32,000 nucleotides of DNA from Pseudomonas aeruginosa (GTDB lineage Bacteria; Pseudomonadota; Gammaproteobacteria; Pseudomonadales; Pseudomonadaceae), in assembly GCF_001457615.1 (NCBI RefSeq), contig NZ_LN831024.1, forward strand, positions 2,760,001 to 2,792,000. Reading direction: 5' to 3'. The position numbers and the translations under genes were made by a program. Of this stretch, positions 18,547 through 25,948 are shown piece by piece. The notes beneath the pieces were generated by a model. The model saw only the letters and a program-made list of their open reading frames with translations, had not been told where the DNA came from and made no database searches. Positions within the stretch are counted from its first letter, which is position 1. Every line of letters begins with the position of its first letter.

Positions 18547-21500
18547 TCAGTTGTATTTCTTGAACCCCAAATAAGGGTGGTAGCTCCATCCCTGGGTGTT
18601 TTCTCGCAATCTCATCTCGCCGTAGCGCATGGCGCATTGACGCAGGTCGAGGTCCTCGCGGCCGGCCATTGCGACTAGCTCCTCCCGATAGTTGACCGTC
18701 CCCCATGTCTGGATGCGCGGGCCATAGGTGAGGTCGAGGTTGCGCAACAGGTTGTCCTGGTTGCTCCAGGTCCCTTCTTCGTAGCGGCTGAAATGCAAGC
18801 GCTCCTCGTCGTCCTCGTCCGGCAGCAGGGCGTAGCATCGCTCCTTGGCGCCTGCGCGAAATGGTTGGCTGGTTTGCAGGGCGCCGCTGAGCGATGCCGG
18901 GGTTTGCCACCAGAGCGGTACGCCGAGCAGGGACGACGGTGGGTCGTCGGCAAGCATCAGCGCGCGCAGGCGTCGGTGTTCCAGGTCGACCAACCGGCTG
19001 CGTGGGAACAGTGGGAACGGTTCGACGATTCGTGGGCTGGCGTCGATGCGGGCGAGTAGGGCGGGGTCGAGCAGGTCGTGCAGGTCGTGGCTGTCAAGAG
19101 GGAAGTCGGGGGTCTCGAAGCCGGGCCGCTGGAACGCCGGATTCTGCCCTTCCAGCGAGCGGATATTGCGCGATAGCAGGTACAGGTTGGCCTCGCCGCT
19201 GAAGCCGGAGCGATGGCGGCGGATTCGCCCGGCCAACTGGATGATCGAGCGCATGGAGGAGGGTTCGACGATGGCCCAGTCGTAATCGTGGTCGCGACCG
19301 ACCTCCGCCACCGGCGAGGCGAGTACGACGAACAGATGATCCCGCTCCGTGCTGGCCTGGAGCGCCTTGGCCAGCGTCGGACGAGCGAACAGCGCGGCGG
19401 CGTCGTCGTCCGAACGCTTCAGCAGTTCATCGAGTTGTCGCTCGATGGCCGAGCGGACCAGAAGGGGATGCCGCGAATGGTAGACACACAGATGGACATG
19501 CAACCCCTCGGGCGCACCCTGGGCGAGGATGGCCTGGGCCAGTTCGATCAGGGGTTCGATGTTGGCCAGCCGTAACAGGCCGAAACTGATGCGACGTCCT
19601 TGGTGTTCGGTGTGATGGCAGCGATGCAGGTCAGCCATCCAGGTATTCATCTGCCCGGCCAACTCGCGGCACAGCGCGGGACGGGCCTCGCCAGCGGCAT
19701 GCACGGTGCATAGCTGCGCCTGGCGACGTGGCGGCAGTTGCTCGAGCTTCGCCAGACGCTGGGCGACGAAGGTCGCGTGCGCTTCGCTGAAGGAGGTTAC
19801 GGCGCCGTGGGCGCTGGATTGACTGGAAAACTCGTCGAACCAGGCGCAGCAGATTTCCGTAGCGCGTCCGGGAGCGCCACGATGGCGCTGGAAGATTTCC
19901 CGGCCGCTGCGATAGGCCTCGAACAGGCCCTGCACCAAGGCCGGCGGCAGGGTCGCGGAGGAGAGCAGCACGCGGCTGCCGAACAGGCCGGCCCAGTGCA
20001 CCAGCCGCGACAGGGCGGGCAGGTCGTCGATATCGAAGTCGTCGACCTCGTCGAGCACCAGGTCGGAAGTCATCAGGCGGAGCAGTGGCGCTATCTGGTG
20101 TCCGCCGCGCAGGCTTTCGCTGGCGGGCATCAGGTGGTCGATGGTGCAGGCCAGGATGGGCGCCTGGAGTAGGTGGTTTCCCGCGCTGTTCCTGCCGAGC
20201 CACTCGCGTAGAGGGCCGTCCTCGAGCGTGCCGGCGAAATGTACATGGCTGTTTTCCGCCAGCAGTTCCTGGGCTGACTCGCTACCGCTGCGCTCCAGGC
20301 GCTCCTGCTGCTTTTCGAACAGTTCGCGGGCGGCGCTGCCGCCGACCAGGATAGCGAGGTCGTCGTCGCCCAGGCCGAGCCGCTCGCGGTAGGCCTGCCC
20401 GGTTTGCAGGGTCAAGCTGCGCAGGCCGAGAGCGATGCTGAAACGCGCGCCGCGTTGCGGATCGGCCAGCGCATACAGGATGCGGCCGTTGGCGAGGGTC
20501 TTACCGCAACCGGTCGACGCCAGGTTGAGGCCGAAGAATCCATGCTCCATAGCCTGCTCGCGGCAGGCCATCGCGCAGTCGTAGGCCTTGTCCTGCCAGC
20601 GGAAGCGCGGCTGCTCGACCCGGCGGGTGAAGCCCTTGTGCCGGGCAAGGCGCGGTAGTTGTCGCTCCAGGCGTGGCAGGGTGCCGGCGAGCTTGCGACT
20701 GTGCAGGGCGACGCCGAGCAGGTGTTCGTCCAGGCGCTGCTTGAGTTGGCCGCTGTCCCGGTCGGTGTTGGCGTGCAAGGGGAAGTTCGGGTCGCCCAGC
20801 CGGGAGTCGGCAGGGAGACTGGAATAGTGGTGATCCGCGAGCATCAGGATCAGTCGGGACACATGCATGACGTAGGCGTCGTGCAACAAGGCCGGCCCCC
20901 GAGCCAGCAGGCCGGGACGCTCGAGCATGCTCTGCGCGCATAGCGCTGTCCTGGCGCGCCAATGGGGACTGGCGAAGGGCAGGCCGTGGGGGAACTGCCA
21001 GCAGGCGGCCTTTTCTTTTGCGTCTGCGTCGCGTGCGCCGCACCATTGGCTCTGGATGGGGGCCGGCAAGCGTGCCAGCGAGGCGCTGCCGCGATGGTCC
21101 CCGTTGGGCAGGCGATGATGGCTGACGATCAACCAGCCGACCGCCTGAGCGAGCGGCGGTAGCCGGCTTTTCTGGAACGGGCCGGGTGGCGCGGGTTGCC
21201 GGTCGTCCCTGGCCAGTTGCGACAGCCAGGCATCGCCCGTCTCTCGCTTGTCCGCCAGGCGCCGCAGCCAGTCCTCGTCGCTGCTGCCTGGGCCAACGAA
21301 GGCTTCGAACAGGCGCAGTGATACCCATTCGTGACGATAGGCATCTGCCATCGGTTTGCCGCGGTTCCGCAGTTTGGCCTGGAAGGCCTGGCTGGCCTTG
21401 CCGATATCGTGGAACAGCGCTGCCATCACCGTCAGCAGGCGGATGTCCTCGGCGCTGTGCCAGTCGTTCTCGTCTTCCTTGCGCAGGATGTCGCGGCGGG

Positions 21501-21777
21501 TCCTGTTGGTCGGCACCGCACCCTGGGCGTTGAAGCGGCTGGCATCGCCGACGATCCACAGCAGTTCGCTGTGGTCGCGGCCGCGGATCCAGTGACAGGC
21601 TACGGCGGTGTTGCGCCGTGCGCTTTTCTTCAGCAGGCGTCGCAGGGTATCCAGTCCGGCTTGAGTGATGGGCGTTTGCCAGGTCCGTTCGCCGCGGCGC
21701 TCGGCGAACTGGTCGAGAATGCGGCGGGTTTCGCTCAGGGCGCGCTTTTCGCATTGCGACACCAGCAGGATGTTCAT
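18547..21777 (-). CDS. cas3: Type I-F Cas2/Cas3 fusion (helicase-nuclease, 1076 aa)
   Basis: N-terminal Cas2-like segment, then HD nuclease motif (LLTVMAALFHDIGKASQAFQAKL), Walker A-like ASTGCGKTLANGRIL, helicase DEVDDF, and Q..GRIRRHR. ATGA overlap with cas1. Confidence 0.98.
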   Translation of the reverse strand: MNILLVSQCEKRALSETRRILDQFAERRGERTWQTPITQAGLDTLRRLLKKSARRNTAVACHWIRGRDHSELLWIVGDASRFNAQGAVPTNRTRRDILRKEDENDWHSAEDIRLLTVMAALFHDIGKASQAFQAKLRNRGKPMADAYRHEWVSLRLFEAFVGPGSSDEDWLRRLADKRETGDAWLSQLARDDRQPAPPGPFQKSRLPPLAQAVGWLIVSHHRLPNGDHRGSASLARLPAPIQSQWCGARDADAKEKAACWQFPHGLPFASPHWRARTALCAQSMLERPGLLARGPALLHDAYVMHVSRLILMLADHHYSSLPADSRLGDPNFPLHANTDRDSGQLKQRLDEHLLGVALHSRKLAGTLPRLERQLPRLARHKGFTRRVEQPRFRWQDKAYDCAMACREQAMEHGFFGLNLASTGCGKTLANGRILYALADPQRGARFSIALGLRSLTLQTGQAYRERLGLGDDDLAILVGGSAARELFEKQQERLERSGSESAQELLAENSHVHFAGTLEDGPLREWLGRNSAGNHLLQAPILACTIDHLMPASESLRGGHQIAPLLRLMTSDLVLDEVDDFDIDDLPALSRLVHWAGLFGSRVLLSSATLPPALVQGLFEAYRSGREIFQRHRGAPGRATEICCAWFDEFSSQSSAHGAVTSFSEAHATFVAQRLAKLEQLPPRRQAQLCTVHAAGEARPALCRELAGQMNTWMADLHRCHHTEHQGRRISFGLLRLANIEPLIELAQAILAQGAPEGLHVHLCVYHSRHPLLVRSAIERQLDELLKRSDDDAAALFARPTLAKALQASTERDHLFVVLASPVAEVGRDHDYDWAIVEPSSMRSIIQLAGRIRRHRSGFSGEANLYLLSRNIRSLEGQNPAFQRPGFETPDFPLDSHDLHDLLDPALLARIDASPRIVEPFPLFPRSRLVDLEHRRLRALMLADDPPSSLLGVPLWWQTPASLSGALQTSQPFRAGAKERCYALLPDEDDEERLHFSRYEEGTWSNQDNLLRNLDLTYGPRIQTWGTVNYREELVAMAGREDLDLRQCAMRYGEMRLRENTQGWSYHPYLGFKKYN

Positions 21778-22748
21778 GCGGACACCGTGCTCCGCTGCGC
21801 CACGTCTTTCAGCGTGTCGATCATGAAGTCCAGGGCCTGTGCGCGGCTCAGGTTGTCCAGGCAGGCCTGGCGGAAGTCCTGTTCCTCGTCGCCGCGCATG
21901 GCGGAAAGAAATGCCTGCGGCAGGATCAGCGAGTCCTTGATCAGGTCCGCCACATCGAACACCAGGCCTCCGCGCCGGGTCTTGCCGTGTAGTACCGCCA
22001 GTCCATGGGGAATGCCCAGCACCCAGGTGGCGGTCGCCGCGAGGCCGTAGGCCAGGTAGTTGCCATGGTCTAGGAAGCGGTTGGCCGGGTCGCCGCCGCT
22101 GCCGCGCTTGGCGCGGACGAACTCGCCGTAGCGGGTGGCCTGGGCTGCGAGCTTGAACAGGCGCTTGCTCAGGCGCGCTTCTTCGGTCAGTAGATGCTCA
22201 TGATTGGGAGCCTGCTCCAGCGCTCGGGCGGAATCTTCCACGGCAACTGCCAGCGCGGTGGCATCGACGGCGAAGCCGGCGTCGCGCAATACGCGATCTT
22301 CCAGCCAACTGTGGCGAATCCGCTCCAGCCTGACCCGCTGGAAGTGCCGGGCGGCCTCCAGGCGTTTTTCCTCATCGAACCAGAAGCCGACCCAGAGCTG
22401 CAGGTATTCGGTGGGGCGGTATTCGCTCTGCGGCGTCAGCCAGGACACCTCGACGTCCACTTCGTTGGCGCTGAACAGCGGCGTTCCGCCGCCGCCGCAG
22501 AAGCCTACCAATACCCCGGCCCTGGCCAGTTCGCGCATGGCTGCCTGAGTAATGGAGGTACCCGTGCCCAGCAACAGGCTGGTGGTGTTGGCGATGGGGA
22601 TGTTCCAGTAGTGCGAATGCCGGCCTTCGTCGGTGACGTACTCGACCCGCCCGCCGTTGACCAGTACCCGGCAGTGTTGCAGGTAGTACAGGTTGGCACG
22701 CTTGGAGTGAAGGATCGTCTTCAGTTCGCTGGGAGAAATGTCGTCCAT
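21774..22748 (-). CDS. cas1: Type I-F CRISPR integrase Cas1 (324 aa)
   Basis: MDDISPSELKTILHSKRANLYYLQHCRVLVNGGRVEYVTDEGRHSHYWNIP... GTGTSITQAAMRELARAGVLVGFCGGGGTPLF. First gene of the cas operon. Confidence 0.98.
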   Translation of the reverse strand: MDDISPSELKTILHSKRANLYYLQHCRVLVNGGRVEYVTDEGRHSHYWNIPIANTTSLLLGTGTSITQAAMRELARAGVLVGFCGGGGTPLFSANEVDVEVSWLTPQSEYRPTEYLQLWVGFWFDEEKRLEAARHFQRVRLERIRHSWLEDRVLRDAGFAVDATALAVAVEDSARALEQAPNHEHLLTEEARLSKRLFKLAAQATRYGEFVRAKRGSGGDPANRFLDHGNYLAYGLAATATWVLGIPHGLAVLHGKTRRGGLVFDVADLIKDSLILPQAFLSAMRGDEEQDFRQACLDNLSRAQALDFMIDTLKDVAQRSTVSA

Positions 22749-22949
22749 GCTGACCGTGGCCTGTCCCTATCGGATCTATCGAATTCTGCGCCAAGGCAAA
22801 TGTTTAGCGGATATGGCCGATTGCCGCTACCCCGTTTTCGTCTGTATGAGGAGCGTGAGCTTCCAAGCGGGGCACATTGTCGTGGACGGGCGAGGCGGGA
22901 GGGCGGGGTAGGAACTTTTATATTCGGATGTTTGGGAGCGGGATGGGGA

Positions 22950-23937
22950 GGGTGGTTCTGCCTAGACGGCAGCGAACCCGGCGGCTGTTGTGGCCGAGGT
23001 GGGTTCGAGTTTCTTAGCTGCCTACACGGCAGTGAACTTAGAAATTTGGGCCATGTTCAGGCTCCTCTTTTTCTTAGCTGCCTACACGGCAGTGAACGTG
23101 CCGCTCAGCCTGACCACGGGTTACGGCCATTTCTTAGCTGCCTACACGGCAGTGAACAACTTCGCATGCGCCTCGTTCATGCCGGCGATTTTCTTAGCTG
23201 CCTACACGGCAGTGAACTATGCAAGCGTCTCGCAGCGTCGGGTGTCCCATTTCTTAGCTGCCTACACGGCAGTGAACAAGCCCGAGGCTCCGACGCTGGT
23301 CGTTGACCTTTTCTTAGCTGCCTACACGGCAGTGAACACATCGGTCGGCTCGACCAGGCGGCCCAGGGCTTTCTTAGCTGCCTACACGGCAGTGAACAAC
23401 GCGCTGACGGCCTGCGACGGTCGGGACATTTTCTTAGCTGCCTACACGGCAGTGAACTCTCCGGTCGGGTCAGCGTGACGGTCGTCAGTTTTCTTAGCTG
23501 CCTACACGGCAGTGAACTTTAATGAAGTCGAGTACGGCCTTGACGCCCATTTCTTAGCTGCCTACACGGCAGTGAACGGGCAGCGCCCTACGATCTTGTT
23601 TGCCGTCCATTTCTTAGCTGCCTACACGGCAGTGAACCAGCCGCGCCCACTCCAGCTTTGCCAGGTCCATTTCTTAGCTGCCTACACGGCAGTGAACCTC
23701 CACGCCGGCGGAATCGGCACGGACTGGCCTTTCTTAGCTGCCTACACGGCAGTGAACCATTACTTGTCGCGTGAAAGATGACCGACTGTTTTCTTAGCTG
23801 CCTACACGGCAGTGAACTGAAAAACCTGAAAAAACTGTTCGTTCGTGGTTTTCTTAGCTGCCTACACGGCAGTGAACAAGTTTTGGAAGCCTCTCCCGCG
23901 AAGCCCAGTTTTCTTAGCTGCCTACACGGCAGTGAAC
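22950..23937 (-). CRISPR. CRISPR array 2, type I-F, repeat (crRNA sense) GTTCACTGCCGTGTAGGCAGCTAAGAAA: 16 perfect repeats plus 1 degenerate terminal repeat
   Basis: On the + strand TTTCTTAGCTGCCTACACGGCAGTGAAC starts at 23010 and every 60 nt to 23910, with 32-nt unique spacers. A degenerate copy GGGTGGTTCTGCCTAGACGGCAGCGAAC lies at 22950-22977, exactly one period away. Leader is at the right. Confidence 0.99.
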
Positions 23938-24067
23938 TAGCTCCGAAAACCTATAACCATTTGAAGGAAAAAGAAATACCGAGTTTTTCCCTCCAGAAAC
24001 CCTCTTTTTTCGAGGTCTCGTAACTTGCTGATTTATAAGGGCGTAAGAAATCGTCCGAAAAAAGGGT
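23938..24067 (-). promoter_or_regulatory. Leader of CRISPR array 2 (IHF-like site and conserved motif)
   Basis: Adjacent to the last perfect repeat. - strand AATCAGCAAGTTA (24033-24021) fits the IHF consensus WATCARNNNNTTR fully. AAAAAGAGGGTTT is on the - strand ending at 23997. The 24067-24021 block aligns to the array 1 leader. Confidence 0.8.
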
Positions 24068-24164
24068 CGGAAGCTTCGGGCAATTGGCGGCCGTTTCGCG
24101 AGGACCGGGACGGCGATCAAGCGTGCCGTTCGGACGCGAAAGGTCTTGTGATGGCGATGCCGCA

Positions 24165-24186
24165 AAGCCCCCGGCCAGGCCGGGGC
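24165..24186 (-). terminator. Putative intrinsic terminator downstream of the small ORF on the - strand
   Basis: GC-rich hairpin CCCCGG..CCAGG..CCGGGG. On the - strand it is followed by GGCTTTG, ~20 nt past the stop at 24206. Confidence 0.5.
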
Positions 24187-24205
24187 GTCGCGCCAGGGAG
24201 CGGCG

Positions 24206-24519
24206 CTACAGGCTCGGGTGGCCCGCCTCGATTTCGGACAAGGCATCGCTGAGCAGCGACAGCAACGCACCGTTGATGTAGGCCAGGGTGCCGCCGGGCT
24301 CTTCTTTCTCATCGAGCAAACGGGTCATGGCCAGGATGTTGATCGCCGACCTCAAGCGCACTTTCGCGTTGTCGAACAAGTGCGTGGGGAGTGCATGGGT
24401 GTCCACGTACAGGGTGGCGCTACGCGGACACATGTCGGCCTGGGAGGTGGGGAGCAGCGGGACGAAGCGGGGGACGATTCTGTTAGCTCGGGGTTGGACG
24501 TATCATTCGGCTTAGCCAT
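24206..24519 (-). pseudogene. Small Pseudomonas-type hypothetical protein (resembles DUF3077/DUF6124-like short proteins), apparently frameshifted near its N-terminus
   Basis: Strong RBS AAGGAG 7 nt before the ATG at 24519 opens MAKPNDTSNPELTESSP..., which is out of frame with the well-formed downstream frame ...FVPLLPTSQADMCPRSATLYVDTHALPTHLFDNAKVRLRSAINILAMTRLLDEKEEPGGTLAYINGALLSLLSDALSEIEAGHPSL. One extra C in the CCCCC run would join them. The intact piece alone is 24206-24433 (75 aa). The family assignment is tentative. Confidence 0.45.
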
Positions 24520-24731
24520 GGGTCAGCTCCTTAATAAGCTGGGTTGTGGTTAGCGGGTCGTAGGTGTTCCACCACCTGCGGCCCGCGTCTTTTTTGCCCT
24601 CAGAAAATAGAGGGCAGTGCCGTTCGGTCCTGTCCCTGCGGGATGGATTTGCCGGCCCCTCCATCATCCTCCTACTGGGTTTTTATCCAATTCCCGGGCT
24701 TCTGAGAGAGCCTGCGGAAATGTCCGGGGGA

Positions 24732-24994
24732 GCTGTCCGGCGTTTCCAGGGCCTGTAGGGCGAATACCGCCACAGGCGGTATCCGCCGATACCCCGGATA
24801 AGCGGCGGATAACCGCGAGCGGTTATTTGCCCTACGGAGTTGGGGTGCTGTCCGGCGTTTCCGGGGTGCGTAGGGCGAATAACGCCATGGGCGTTATCCG
24901 CCGATGTCGCGGATGAGCGGCGGATAACCGCGAGCGGTTATTCGCCCTACGGACCCGGGGAGGTGTCGGCGTTTCCAGGGCGTTATCCGCCGAT
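24732..24994. repeat. Tandem palindromic intergenic repeat, ~115-bp unit, 2 full copies plus one truncated copy
   Basis: GCTGTCCGGCGTTTCC at 24732 and 24847 (period 115), with a degenerate copy TGTCGGCGTTTCC at 24964. Each full unit contains an 81-bp inverted structure GTAGGGCGAAT...ATTYGCCCTAC (24755-24835 and 24870-24950). Confidence 0.85.
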
Positions 24995-25915
24995 TCAGAA
25001 CGCCAGCAGGTAGCGCAGGGTCAGTTGGTTGCCTTCGCTGCGGTTGCGCGCGCCGCTTTCGGCGTAGAGGTTGGCGAACAGCGTTTGCCTGCCCTGGCTG
25101 TACATCACCCCCGGGCCTATGCCGAAGACCTGCTCGCGCGAGTCGGCCTGCCGGTGGCCGTCGATGCGGTCGGCGCTGATCTGTTTCAACTGGTAGCCGG
25201 CCAGGCCGATCCGCCAGTGCGGGTCCAGCGCGTAGGAGATCGAGAAGTTCGCGTGCAGCGCCTGGCCCGGCTGTACGTCGTTTGCGCCCAGGCGCGGCGA
25301 GGGGTCGTCGTTGCGGCTGATCCAGGCGTAGTGCAGGCGGCCGCTGAGTTCCAGGCGCTCGCCCAGTTCCCAGGTGAAGGCGTAGTGCGGGTTGAAGATC
25401 CAGGTGTTGCTGCCGGTGTTGATCGCGGCGTCCTTGTCGTAGTCACCGGTGGGCAGGGAGAAGACGAAGTTCAGGCGCTGCCAGTAGGGGCGGCCGAACA
25501 GCGTAGCGGGCCCCCATTGCAGCATCAGCGGGCTGACGATCAGGTCGCCCTGGCGGGTGCGCCGGCCGTCCGGGCCGCCGTCGATATCGAGGTCCAGGCG
25601 TACCAGCGGCAGCAGCACTTCGGCGCCGTAGTGGGCGCCGAGCAGGGTGTTCTGGCTGAGGTAGGCGAAGTGCGGCAACAGCGTGGTGCCACGAACCCGT
25701 TGCCGACCGGGAACCGAATGCCCGCCGGCGTCGCTGGCGTTGTTCGCCCGAACGTATTGCAGGGGCAGTTCGAAGAGCATGCCGGGACGGCTGACGCCGT
25801 CCATGAAGCTGGCGTTGCCGAGCGCCAGCGGCGGCAGCGCGACGGCGTCGGCGCGGGCCTCCAGGCAGAGTGCGGCGGAGAGGGCGCCGAAGGTGGGTAG
25901 CAGGGCTGCACGCAT
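24995..25915 (-). CDS. Outer-membrane SphA / phenol-degradation MetA-like family protein (306 aa, with signal peptide)
   Basis: MRAALLPTFGALSAALCLEARADAVALPPLALGNASFMDGVSRPGMLFELPLQYVRANNA...VFSLPTGDYDKDAAINTGSNTWIFNPHYAFTW. Beta-rich, typical of the MetA/SphA family. Confidence 0.7.
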   Translation of the reverse strand: MRAALLPTFGALSAALCLEARADAVALPPLALGNASFMDGVSRPGMLFELPLQYVRANNASDAGGHSVPGRQRVRGTTLLPHFAYLSQNTLLGAHYGAEVLLPLVRLDLDIDGGPDGRRTRQGDLIVSPLMLQWGPATLFGRPYWQRLNFVFSLPTGDYDKDAAINTGSNTWIFNPHYAFTWELGERLELSGRLHYAWISRNDDPSPRLGANDVQPGQALHANFSISYALDPHWRIGLAGYQLKQISADRIDGHRQADSREQVFGIGPGVMYSQGRQTLFANLYAESGARNRSEGNQLTLRYLLAF

Positions 25916-25948
25916 GAGGGAGTTTCTCTTTTTTCTGGTTCCGTGGGT

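Noticed and set aside
14609-22748. The cas operon as a new defence system
   Set aside because: All six proteins and their order match the described type I-F (csy) system, and no extra gene interrupts the operon.
22890-22917. A further decayed repeat one more period beyond 22950 in array 2
   Set aside because: I compared GCGAGGCGGGAGGGCGGGGTAGGAACTT with the repeat and the similarity was not above chance.
22194-23781. ORFs of 370, 162 and 89 aa across array 2 with FLAAYTAVN repeats
   Set aside because: Same cause as in array 1: reading through CRISPR repeats in a frame divisible by 3.
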